DNA from: Macrostomum lignano
Lineage: Eukaryota
Assembly: GCA_002269645.1 (NCBI GenBank)
Contig: NIVC01000897.1
Coordinates: forward strand, 186,001-250,000
DNA: 64,000 bases
Reading direction: 5' to 3'
Shown: piece after piece, positions 33,910 through 46,035 of the stretch
Numbering within the stretch: position 1 is the stretch's first letter
Layout: every line of letters starts with the position of its first letter
The notes under the pieces: generated by a model
What the model was told of the DNA's origin: nothing
The model's database searches: none
The model's input: the letters and a program-made list of their open reading frames with translations, nothing else
Program-made: the position numbers and the translations under genes

Positions 33910-36900
33910 TCAGTCCGCGTCATCGCCATCTGCAAAACTGGGTCCGGCCGCACCCAGGCCGGCACTGCGAAGCTGGACTCGCGCTCCAGCCTCCAGCTCG
34001 GCTAGTTGCGCCTCATCCGGGTTGTCCCGCTCCTCCTCTAGGCTGGCCGTCAGATCCGGCTGTACGGAGGACCGGCACAGGCCGTAGAAAGCGGCCGGCC
34101 GGGTGTCCGAGCTCTGTGCGGAGAAACGCCAGCCCATGTGACGGGAGCACTGGGCACATTCCAGGATCTGCGTTGAAGACAGATGAGATTTACTATTGTA
34201 GATGAGTATAGTTAATGCTGTGCTGATAATGCCACGCTATATAAATGCTCACTATCATAAGTGCTCACCGTCAAATGCTTACTAACATAAATGCTCACTA
34301 ACATAAATGCTCACTATCATAAATGCTCACTATCATAAATGCTCACTATCATAAATGCTCACTATCATAAATTCTCACTGTCATAAATTCTCACTATCAT
34401 AAATGCTCACTATCATAAATGCTCACTATCATAAATGCTCACTATGATAAATGCTCAATATCATAAATGCTCACTATCATAAATGCTCACTATCATAAAT
34501 GCTCAATATCATAAATGCTCACTATCATAAATGCTCACTATCATAAATGCTCACTATCATAAATGCTCACTACGATAAATGCTTAATATCATAAATGCTC
34601 ACTATCATAAATGCTCACTATCATAAATGCTCACTATCATAAATGCTCACTATCATAAATGCTCACTATCATAAATGCTCACTATGATAAATGCTCAATA
34701 TCATAAATGCTCACTATTATACTCACAAATGCTCACTATGATAAATGCTCACTATCATAAATGCTCACTATAATAAATGCTCACTAACATAAATGCTTAC
34801 TATAATAAATGCTCAATATCATAAATGCTCACTATTATAAATGCTCACTATGATAAATGCTCACTATGATAAATGCTCACTATCATAAATGCTCACTATG
34901 ATAAATGCTCAATATCATAAATGCTCACTATCATAAATGCTCACTATGATAAATGCTCAATATCATAAATGCTCACTATTATAAATGCTCACTATCATAA
35001 ATGCTCACTATTATAAATGCTCAATATCATAAATGCTCACTATTATAAATGCTCACTATCATAAATGCTCACTATGATAAATGCTCAATATCATAAATGC
35101 TCACTATGATAAATGCTCACTATCATAAATGCTCACTATGATAAATGCTCAATATCATAAATGCTCACTATGATAAATGCTCACTATGATAAATGCTCAC
35201 TATGATAAATGCTCACTATGATAAATGCTCACAATGATAAATGCTCACTATCATTAATGTTCACTATCGTAAGCGCGCGCTAATAACAATTTCAGGACAG
35301 GTGCAAATATCAAATAGCTTCTAATATTCTTCAGAAGCTAATTGAGCAATGCTCCGGCCAAGAGACTCACCTGCCAAGCGTATCCGGGGAACCAGCTGTG
35401 CTCGGTGCAGGGCCGGCCAACCGGCCGCACCCCGGTGGCCGCCGCCACAGTCATCATCTCGTGCACGTGGCCGCCAGGATTAACGTAGGCGCCTGTGGAG
35501 CCGCCGGCGGCCAAGCAGAAGATGGCGGATTTGTCGGCGACTCGGTTCAAACAGCGGACACAGCGCAGGGTGGTGCAGCGACGGAGCAGGCGGAGGCAGC
35601 GGCGAAGGCAGCCGGACGGATGAGGGCAGCCGAGCAGGTCAGCGCGGAGCCAATCTGGCAGGGGCAGCTGCTCCAGCAGCCAGTTGGCAAAGGCGGTGGG
35701 CTCGTCTGGGCCGGCCTGTGAGTCCAACATTTAACAGGCGGTTTCAGACATGTGAAGTTTATTTAGTTACCATAGAAACCAATAAGAGGATCTGTGCTTG
35801 GTGAGGGCATCTTCCTAGCACTCTAAACACGTGTAAGACTAAGGAACTGTTGGTGGGGCACTGACCCTCCCCAATAGACTATTAAGGAATCTGTTAATGC
35901 TCAGGGGGTCACTAACCTCCAATAGCCTATTCAGGGATCTGTTAATGCTCAGGGGGTCACTGACCTCAAATAGCCTATTCAGGGATCTGTTAATGCTCAG
36001 GGGGTCACTAACCTCCAATAGCCTATTCAGGAACCTGTTAATGCTCAGGGGTCACTGACCTCCAATAGCCTATTCAGGAACCTGTTAATGCTCAGGGGGT
36101 CACTGACCTCCAATAGCCTACTCAGGGAGGCACTGCAGTAGCCTACCCAAGTCTTAAATACAAAGAAAGGTAGTCGCTTAAATTCTCAATGCAACCAGCA
36201 GTCACACCTGCACCTCCGACCAGGAACGATTGCACGAGGCCAGCTCAGTCCGCACCGCGCTGACCAGCTGTCTGGCATCGTAGGCATCGGCCACCCAGGA
36301 CGGGAACGGACAAGTTGACAGTGCGAGCGATCGACGGGGACTGGGCCGCCTGAACGAGCACGGACTCATTTGCCTGCGGTAGTAGGTAAACTAGCATGTT
36401 CTCATAGTACACTACTGCTTTCCCATTGGCTGAGACAGATCAAACCCTTAGTTTCTTTTTGCTTGTTGCAGTATTTTAATTGGTTGATGGTAATACATTC
36501 AAAGCTATCTAAGGAAGCAAGAATGAAAGACACGGCAGCACAGCGGCACTCACTTTGGCTCCGGCAGCAGTCGAATTTTGGCCAACAATCGGCCGGCAAT
36601 GTCTCGCCGGACACTCAACGCTTCGAATCGTCGACGGCCAATCAGCTTAGCTCGGATCATCGTCAAGCCGACGTTGTCGTCAACTTCCTCTCTGCAGGAC
36701 AGCAGCTCGGCCGTGCTGCTGTACCGGTAGCGGTGCAGCACGGCCACTGGGCCTACTTGGCCAGAGTGCATCCCGGACACCAGGGCCACGTCAGACGGGC
36801 GGAACAGCGCCACCGGCAGCAGCTGGCCGGGCAGCAGGATGCCCAGGGAGCAGGTGAGACATGGCAGCTCTATCACGCCTGAATCGGCCAGCGAATTAAC

Positions 36901-37335
36901 TGTTGAAGCGGAGACATTGGACGGCGCTTCAAGATCCCCGCCAAGGTAGGCGTGTTCTCTGGGCAGCTGGCGATTGAAAGTGATGAGGTGAGGCGCGTTG
37001 GCCGCTTCCATTGCTGATGAAACGTCATCGGGCTCCGGCTGCTGCGGCCAGGCCAGTCGGCGCGGAAACAGACGCAGCAGAGCGGGAAATCCGGCCGCTG
37101 CACCAATCTGATCGCCAGGCTGCTCATCAGCCTCCTCATCTCCGTCTTCATCATCTAGCTGCAAATCTTCTTCCGCCAGGTGAAACTCTTCCTCACCTTC
37201 TTCCATTTCTAATTGCTCTTCTTCTGCTTCTACTTCTTCCGCCATCATTGCTTCAGCTTCCCCAGCATCTTCGACATCGATGGCATCTTCGTAGCGAGGC
37301 TCGGCCTCATCGTCTATAGGCAGCTGGTCCGCCAT
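33910..37335 (-). CDS. CRBN: Cereblon, ~516 aa; exons 37335-36554, 36373-36208, 35715-35371, 34167-33910
   Basis: Acidic N-terminus; LON domain (FNRQLPREHAYLGGDLE, ILLPGQLLPV, IGRRRF); FPSWVADAYDARQL; CULT domain (CVRC, AYVNPGGHVHE, TEHSWFPGYAW|QILECAQC..HMGWRF). Intron phases 2,0,0 are consistent. AATAAA on - at 33652-33657. Confidence 0.96.
34235..35270. repeat. 16-bp minisatellite ATAAATGCTCACTATC in CRBN intron 3
   Basis: Direct inspection. Confidence 0.97.
35860..36125. repeat. ~48-bp minisatellite in CRBN intron 2
   Basis: CTGTTAATGCTCAGGGGGTCAC at 35891, 35939, 35987 and onward. Confidence 0.92.
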
Positions 37336-39556
37336 CTGTTTGAGTTGCAGCCGAATAGAATTTCAAAAGCATGAGAATATACGCGGCATAGTGCAAGACT
37401 AAGTACAAATATGCAGGCCGATTAAATAGACTACCTGGTTACTGTACTTTCTCAGTGTCATACATGCGCAACTGCTGGCCGACCTGGCCACTGTAAATTG
37501 TACAGGGGTAAGTTACAAAAATGCCCAAAGAATATCCCAAGGATCCCAAAGAATACAGACGTAGTACTAATTAGATGACGAGGAACTTAGCCTTAATAAT
37601 ACAGTGATAGTTACTCCTGCCGTTTACCCACAATTGCATCAATTTTGCTCTAGGGTTGTAAGTTGCATGGCCAGTGTAAATCAGGGGGGGGGGGTTGCGC
37701 ATGTATGCCCAGTGTACTAAATAAGCATACTACCTAAGCATCCAGCTTACAGCCAAGACATTTCCCCTAGCACTTATCTTTTTTTTTGAGATAAAAATGG
37801 GGGATCATTGGGATTTTGTGCCCAAAGATGGGCAATTTCACAGATTTGGCTTGGAGCAGCTTGCAATAATTGTCCAGATGACCTGGTACTTTTAGTAAGA
37901 AGGCAGATTTATATTTTTACAACCATATTTTTAAAATGTATTTAACATGGTTTAAAACTTTTACAATAAAAAATATAACTAGAAAAATCAATGCTAAGTT
38001 ATAGATTTTGGGTTAGCACTGGTATACAAAATATAATTTAATCAAATCTTGAAAGTCAAATCAAGAACATTATTAGGCACTATTAGTACAAGTAAAAAGT
38101 GAGATGGTAGTACTTCACACAAATCTATAAATTTATTTCACTTCCCCCAATTTTTTAAACATTGTCATTCAAATCACAAATAAAAGCACACAATGGTCCC
38201 CTTGATAGTTGGAGTGAATAGCACTTTAAGGTGAGGCTAAGAGTTAACAAAAATTATTGCACTACTAAAAAGAAATAAAAATCAATGGGCTCATAATGGA
38301 AAGCACTTGGTTAAAAAATGTTGGCTAACAAAGCAAGTTAGTTGCTACTTCTATCTAAATATACTAAATTTTATATAAGAAAAAAGCTTTGTGGGCAAAC
38401 CTTAGTGGAAAAAAACTTACTCAAGCAAATTGCATTGTAGGAAAATCTCAGTGGGCTATTTAATTGACCTACCCTTCAAGAAGCTCAATATTTAAATACC
38501 CTTATTCGAGGTGATATGCACATATAAAAATAGACCCTTTATTTTTGTTTTTTTTGGCCCTCCTTTCATTTACAAGGAAGGGGGTATACAAAACATTGAG
38601 TAATTGTGACTCTGGATTGCAGTATGACTAGTAGAATGGGACTTGAGCCCCTTAGTTGTACTTGCCTTGCAAGAAAGATGACCATTTACAAAAGTGTATA
38701 GTAGAGCCCAATTGATACTAGCCTTGAGGCTAAGCCCCATAATAAAGGTTTAAGTGTTCCTCCTTATTGTTTTTATCCCTTTGTTTTAGATTTGCATTTT
38801 ACCTTTTTGGCTATGTAGCTGTCCAATGTTATAAGCTCTGCCTTTTCTAGTCCATTTGTTGGCTCCTTTGATTGTCTCTTGGCTTTTATCATTGATAGTG
38901 GATTGATGTCCTAGGGAAAAGTTTGTCCCAAATAAGGAAAACCTCTCTAACCCCTTAGCTTAGGCTTATTAAAAAGCTAGATAGTAAAAAAGCCTTAAGG
39001 CTTGCAGCCCTATAGGAGAATCAATTTGAACATCTTTACTAATTTCAACCTATCTGATAAAAGACTTGCCCTTGGTAAATAAGTTACCTAGACTTGCTCC
39101 GATCTTAAAGCCATTTCTGTAGGGGTCCTAGTCATTTCGTCAACTGGCGTTTCGTCAACTGGCCATTTCGTCAACTCGGTTTTATCACTGGTCGTTTCGT
39201 CAACTAGCCAATGAAGCGATCTCAAACCTCGGTCACTTCGTCAACTGGCCAACAGGAAGTGTTCCAACATTGGTCACTTCGTCAACTGCCAATAAACTAC
39301 CCCCCAGCCGCAAAAAAGTAAAACTGAACCCTGAAATGACTAAGTCGACAAGCTAATTAATATTCATAATTGAATGAAAATTGCAAGGGCAAGACCAGTA
39401 ATTTTCTGGATCTCTTGGCGCTGTCTATTTTTTTAGCTGACGGCATTTTAGTGATTTTGGTTGCAGCGCCCGCAGCAGTTTAATTAAGTCTTGGGATTGC
39501 GGCAGACTCGAAATTTCGATCAGAGGCGCCAAAGGAGAAGGGCTGAATGGCTAAAA

Positions 39557-40108
39557 CAGGGGTCGTCAAACTCCAGTTCGCGGGCCACATGTGGCCTGCA
39601 AAGCCTCTCTATCCAGCCCTCGGGTCCTTTGAATCTTCACAATAGAAATCCGGACTGCTCAATTTTTGTGTCTTTTCAGCTCTTTTCTCTCACCTCTCTC
39701 TTCTCTCTCACCTGTCCTCTCCTCTCCTCTCTCCTTTCCTTTCATCTCTCACCTCTCCTCTACCTTTTCTTCTCCATTCTCTTCTCCCTTCCCTCCTCTC
39801 TCAATCCTCTCCTCTCCTCTCTTCTCTATTTCGTCTCTCCTCTCCTCTCAATCGATATTCTTCTATTTCATCTCTCCTCTCGATCGTATACTCTCTTATC
39901 CTTATTCCTTCGCATCTCCTTTCTTCTACGAGTACGCCAGCTCGTATTTCTCTTCTCTATTCCCTATCCTCTCTCCCTCCTTTGGCTTGCAATCATCAGG
40001 GACTCCTGGGTGCATTTTGCTTAGGGGCCCAGCGAAGCGGACCCAGAGGGGCAGTCATTGCGCTAGGTTCTCAATCTGGCCCTTGAGGTAAAAAGTTTGC
40101 TGACCCTA
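39557..40108. mobile_element. hAT-like MITE nested in the 39123-41272 element, containing a CT-rich tract (~39670-39985)
   Basis: CAGGGGTCGTCAAACT ... AGTTTGCTGACCCTA, typical hAT termini; TSD not recognisable. Confidence 0.6.
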
Positions 40109-40650
40109 CACGTAAAAGCACTATAGGCTTAGGCACATGGCCAAGTCTTGTGCAGCTACATGAGCAGGAATGTACGAATCAAGAGCATGCCGCTGTGGTA
40201 CTGCACCCAATATCGCCGATCGGTTTGCGCATCTGCCTGTGCCTTTGCATCTGTCTGCTCGTGTCTGCTTGTGCCTTCTTACAGTGCATTGTACATTTTA
40301 GTGTTAAGCATGACAGGGAGTGAAATACCTTATACATGTACGGCATAATCGATCGATGAGCGCGCGTGAATCGTGCATAATTATATACTCCGATCAAGAG
40401 CAATACCTGATATCAAGATTCGCTGCGGGGGCTTCGGTTTACTGTGCACAGCGGGGTGGAGGGGTGGGAATTAGGCGCACGCAGTCCACCAATTTTCACG
40501 ACTCCATATATAGGGGACTTTATAGCAGTCCTCGACACGTTTTGATAGAAGAAATACCCATGTTATGTAGTCGCGTGTATGGTCGCATAACACACAAATA
40601 CTCAATATTCATTAATGCCCGGACGCATATGGGTATGAGTGCGCATGGGG

Positions 40651-40926
40651 GGTTGCTTGTGAAAGTAGGTGACAACTTCGTAGCTAATGTGAAGTTTAGC
40701 GCTTGTGAAGTTTAGCGGTTGTGAAAGTAGGTGGTTTCGCTATTCTGAAGTTTAGCGCTTGTGAAATTTAGCGTTTGTGAAAGTAGGTGGCGAATTTGTA
40801 GCTATTATGAAGTTTAGCGCTTAATTGTGAGTTAGCGGTTATGAAGTTTAGCATTTGTGAAGTTTAGCGCTTGTGAAAGTAGGTGAGTTAGCGCTTATGA
40901 AAATTAGCGCTTGTGAAGCCTTCCCC
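40651..40926. mobile_element. Small insertion of ~15-bp tandem repeats (TAGCGCTTGTGAAGT) flanked by a direct repeat
   Basis: GCATGGGG at 40643-40650 and 40927-40934; GG...CC ends; TIR weak. Confidence 0.5.
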
Positions 40927-42072
40927 GCATGGGGTGACGCATTTGCATAGAATATTTGCATCGAAACATTTAACCTAATGGACATGCAGTCTGGTATTGC
41001 AAAATTGCAAAATTTGTTCGTTTTTAAAAATAATATAATTAATAAAACAAATCATCGATATAACAATAATTGTAAGCTATACAAGATATGCAGCTGTATC
41101 AGCTACATACGTTATCATTCATATAATGAAAATTTTAGTCACTTCGTCAAAAAGCAAATTGGAAGGACCTAGGCTTGGTCACTTCGTCAACTATCAGTAA
41201 AGGTGCCCCAACACTTTGGTCACTTCGTCAACCGAGTTGACGAAACGCCAGTTGACGAAATGACCATCACCCTTCTGTAGACTGGGTTTCTATTAATTTT
41301 CTAAAAATTTCCAATTTTAATCTTTTTGTGCATATTTTGGACTTGTCATTGGGGCTAGCTTAGGTAGATTAGTCTTTGTACTCATCCTCCTAACTCTATT
41401 GTTAGGTTGGTAGGCCCTAGTATCCCTATAGGCTTAGGCTGCTAGTAATATCCAATAAGGCTATTTCATTAGGCCTTGAGTCCTAGTCCTAATCTGGGCC
41501 TTTTGGGCTTTATATCCTTGGTAATATGGTCCCTAATATATCTAGCAGCAGAGCCTTTCCCTGGGCTGATCTGCGGATCATTTATACTTTTTATCCAATT
41601 TAAAAATAAATCTTGCCATCTTGGTAAACAATTTACTTAGAGGAAAAATGCACTATAGGCAAGTCTTGGCAAGAAAAGCTTGGTAGGCAAATTTCAATAG
41701 GCAATTTGTCTAAAAGCAATTTTTATGGACCTATTTAAACCATCAATTGGAAATTTTTTAAAAATAATAAATTTTTAATTGCTAGGCCCTGGCCTATAAT
41801 TATAAATATCTAGACCAAAATAGACTAAGCTAGACCTAGTTTAAGTTAAGAAAATTTATGAATATATTTTTGATATATATATATTTATTTATATATATAT
41901 ATCAAATATATATAAAAATAATATATTAGTACAAATAGCATATATATAAAAGTACATATATTAGTACAAGTAGCAAATTGTGTCAATATAATTCACTTGT
42001 TATATATATTTATTTTATATATATATTTTTGAATTGTATATTAGAAAAATTATAGTTAGTAAATTATTATAG

Positions 42073-42560
42073 CCAATGCATTCTAACACAAGCGGTCATC
42101 TTCTGAATAGATGTAGATTTGATGGCAAACTCAGAGTGCTGGAAGCCTGGCACATTAAGCATCATAAACCTAGTCTCAATACTTAGCTTGCTGGTGGAGG
42201 AGCCAATTTACAGCTCAAAGTTTTCTAGGCTTGGTGTGGGTTTGCGGCTCTCTCCCTGCTAATATTGTTTGCTCTGTGTTTGTTTGTTCTGTGTGATGGC
42301 CTAATAATTTAATTTATTTTCGTCTCTTAGGGGGCCTAATGTGCAATTATCGACCGGACTGAACCCATTCGTCTATTGCCCTGTACAGTTTTTGATTTTC
42401 TTTATTTATTTAAATATACAGAATTGTGAACCATGAGTGCAAGCCCTGAAGATGACCGCTTGTGTCGAAACGCGTTGGATATAATAATTTACTTATATGT
42501 TGGTGTTGGCCTTCATTTTTCTACTATTTATAAAACGAGCATCGCTACCAGGAGTCTATA
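42073..42560 (+). mobile_element. 5'-truncated Penelope-like retroelement: GIY-YIG C-terminus, pLTR with hammerhead-like motif, inverted pLTR fragment at the 5' end
   Basis: 42130-42226 reads LRVLEAWHIKHHKPSLNT*LAGGGANLQLKVF* (R..LEA..I....P.LN is the PLE endonuclease tail). CTGAAGA..GAC..GTC.GAAACGCGT at 42446-42475. 42073-42103 is a decayed reverse complement of that motif. Confidence 0.75.
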
Positions 42561-43722
42561 TTAGGGACACGGCCACCCTCTGTCTCAGTCTCTAGTCTAG
42601 TGTGAAGTCTAAGTGTGAAATATTTTAATGATAACGACACGGCCGCTGGCGCTATGCAGGCTTACTGACACAGCTGCTGTCTGTATCTTTGACTCTGACT
42701 CTCTCCAGTGAGACGCATTCTATATTACAGACATGACCGCCGCGTGTCTAAGAGATCCATAACGTTTTTCACTTGATTTATTTCATTTCCTTGAAAAACA
42801 TAAATTTGAAACTAAAAGTTTAAAATATCAACATTATTCAACACAAAGATTGTTACGTAAATACTTTAAAAATACAAAAAAGTGTTTACTTTAGAATAAA
42901 ATATTAATTTTTTACTTTTTACTGTTTGATTTGTTGTAAATGTTAGTATTTTTTAATGGTTTTGTATATTTTCGTCGTCGTCTTTGCACGTACACAGAGT
43001 ACACTTTTTTAACGCCATTTGTTGTTGTCACTACAGGTTCCAATGCCTTAAGCTTCTAAGGCCTTATGACCAGCATTGCATGGCCAAAGCTAAACTGAAG
43101 CATATATTTAAAAGTAACAAATGCGGAAGTAAAGGCAAGACGCATAACTATATCTAAAGTAAAGGGCCTACTTAACTTGCGTAAGTATGCAAAAAACTTT
43201 AGCTGAAGGACCTGCCAAGTTCTTTCTTAAAAAACACCTGATGGCAAATTGTGCAAATGTCCAGGACCAAATTTTAAGCCTAGTTTGACAGCTTTGGTAG
43301 CAGCAAAATAAATTGCAACTATTTGTTTCATAAATTGCAACTACAAACTATCAAATAGATTTAAAATATGCTCATAATGACATAACAAATTTATTTTAGA
43401 TTTTGTTTTAGGCCTACATAGGCTAATATATATTTTGTGATGTTTAAATTAATACGCTTAGAATATACTTGTTGTACTTAGTATGCCAACCTTGGTATAC
43501 TAAGCCTGGCTAAAGGATTTAAAGTAAAGCACAATAGGGTGGCTTTCTAGATTTAAAATTTTTTTAGTTTGATTTACTTTTTGATACCATATGATAGACA
43601 TTACATTTGTTGTATGAACAAAATGAAACCTTACTTTTGAATTTTAGTTAAGTAGTAAAAAAGTTATAATATTTTTAGTGTCATTTTTTGATATTCCTGT
43701 AATGCATTTTTCCTATAAGCTA

Positions 43723-44576
43723 GGTTCCTGGACACTTCGTCATCTTACCAGTTCGTCATCCAGATGACAAAGTGACCATGGTTTTTGGACGCTTCGTCAT
43801 ACAAAAAAATTGTTAGAAATCTAGATGACGAAGTGACCAAATTTTGAGGACACTTTGTCATCCCAAGATTTCGCAAAGCTGTAAAATTGCTATTCGATTG
43901 TTTTTTTATGCATGTAAATTGTTTCTCAATCAATAGTCTGTAAAATATAGGATTAAATACACGTTTAGGGATTCAACTTCTCACTATAATTGGCATCTAA
44001 ATGCACGCTGTATGTGTACAAGTGTTCATTGTAATTTTATTATAGCTTCGCTTCCACAAACATGTGTGGAGTTGTAACGATGTAGATTTAAATATGTTTA
44101 TGAATAGTGTGTTTTTGTGTATTTATTATTATGTTTTTTTCAGTTGCATTTAATATTGCTATTTAGGAATGTATATTTCCAATTTATTGTTATTTTTGTT
44201 TTTCTGTGGTCGTGGATTCCAAGATATTGTATGGGTAGAATTCAATTTTGTACTGATCGCGATCGCGATCTCGATCTCTTCTCCAGCTCTTCCCCCGTTG
44301 TAGACTCGTAGTTAATCGTCATTAATTATCAGTTAGTTAATCAGTTATCCTCAGTGTAGCCACCTATATTTATGACTACTCGATGCAACTTAGCTGACGA
44401 AGTTACATATAGCTATTCAATAAGTTTTTTAGACAAAGTGGATGATGACGAAGTGTCCAGGGAGTAGATGACGATGTGTCCACAATAGTATCATAGATGA
44501 CGAAGTGGTAAGATGACGAAGTGTCTAGAAATATAAGTGGATGACGAAGTGGTAAGATGACGAAGTGTCCAGGAAC
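43723..44576. mobile_element. Non-autonomous TIR element with 9-bp TSD (Mutator-like)
   Basis: TSD TATAAGCTA at 43714-43722 and 44577-44585; TIR GTTCCTGGACACTTCGTCATCTTACCA and its reverse complement; repeated GATGACGAAGT. Confidence 0.88.
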
Positions 44577-45432
44577 TATAAGCTAAGGCACTGTGATCAT
44601 TTTTGCTCAAAAGGTCTGATTTTCCAAGTTATAGATGACATAACTTTTGAACTATTCAAATTCAATGGATTTCCATTCCTTATATATTATTTTTTAGCAT
44701 TTTTCTTATAGATTATTTTGCATTATTTTGTTTTGCAAAATATAATTTATAGTTTTTCTTTTATTCTCAAAATATTAATATGCCATATATGGAATTTTAA
44801 TCCTTAAACCATAATTAAGCCACTTGTCCTTATATAGTCATAGATCATCTAGATTTAACACCAAGCCAATCTAGCTAGTTGGCAAGGGTCTAACCCAGGT
44901 AAACTGTAAAAATGCATATTCAAAACATTTTAAAAGTAGTACTAATCAGCTGATAAGGTATTTAGCCTTTATATTTTATATTTTATATAATGTATAATTT
45001 GAGTTGGGTTTCTTTCTAAGCATGCATTGTGTGGAGCTCAGAGTGAGATTGTCTATTGCTCTCTATATATTAGACTTAATAGATTGCCAAAAATTTCAAA
45101 TATCTAAATAGGTCATTACAACTATATATACATTGATTAGCTCATTAGAATTTAGATTCAAACTCCATTCGCATTTATCTGGGTTTGCCTAGGATTCAAT
45201 TGCTTTCACCACATTATTGCTAAAAGTTTTAGCAGGCACATTAAGCTAATAAAATTAACTTATAACCCATTTGTACCTTTACCTGGCTTTGTTATTTAGT
45301 ATTCATTACAATGAGCCTAATTGAGTTGCTCATTTTAAAAAAGTAAAAGGAAAAATAAATACTTCTAGTTGGTTTATACATAGTGTAATATATTGTATAA
45401 TTTTAAAAGATTATAATATCCTTTTATTTTAA

Positions 45433-46035
45433 GGTAGTGCTTATCCCCATGGTTCCATGAGAATGATTTTCTGCTTATCCGCATGGCATACTGATGAGAT
45501 AGCTGCCCTATCTTCTATATATGCCGTGAGAATAATTTTCTGCTTATCCACATGGCATACTGATGAGATAGCTATCCTATCTTCTACATATGCCGTGGGA
45601 ATAATTTTTTCCCACAACATTGTTGAAGCAATGCAATAATCTATACAACAAATTGCAAATTTATATGACTAGTAGAATTCTATAGAAGTGGCAATGGACT
45701 TTAATTGGTATCAGGATTAGACTTTGCTAAAAATTCAAATTATAAACAATTACTAGAGCAATTTACCATGAATCATACATCATAAATACAAAAAGTGTTT
45801 TTTGCATAAAAAACTATTAAATCTTTACTTCTATAAAACAAATGGTCAAGCAAAGTTATGTTGTTATACTGCACTCAAACCATCAGTACTAAACTAAATT
45901 ATTCCCACGGCTTATGTAGAAGATAGGGCAGCTATCTCGTCAGTGTGCTGTGCAGATAAGCAGAGAATTATTCCCATGGTACCCTTGGAATAAGACAGAA
46001 ATTATTGCTACGGTACAATGGGGATAAGCACTGCC
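45433..46035. mobile_element. Old MITE with long decayed TIRs, TTAA-type site (Kolobok-like)
   Basis: TTAA|GGTAGTGCTTATCCCCAT ... ATGGGGATAAGCACTGCC|TTAT; arms alignable over >100 bp with C>T/G>A differences. Confidence 0.7.

Larger units (their letters stand above)
39123..41272. mobile_element. 2150-bp non-autonomous DNA transposon with 8-bp TSD (Mutator- or Merlin-like; superfamily uncertain)
   Basis: TSD TTCTGTAG at 39115-39122 and 41273-41280; GGG...CCC termini; perfect 30-bp inversion 39131-39160 / 41235-41264; many subterminal TTCGTCAACT motifs; no transposase ORF. Confidence 0.9.

Noticed and set aside
39491-40091. Hydrophobic Leu/Ser-rich ORFs
   Set aside because: Translation of a CT-rich tract within a MITE.
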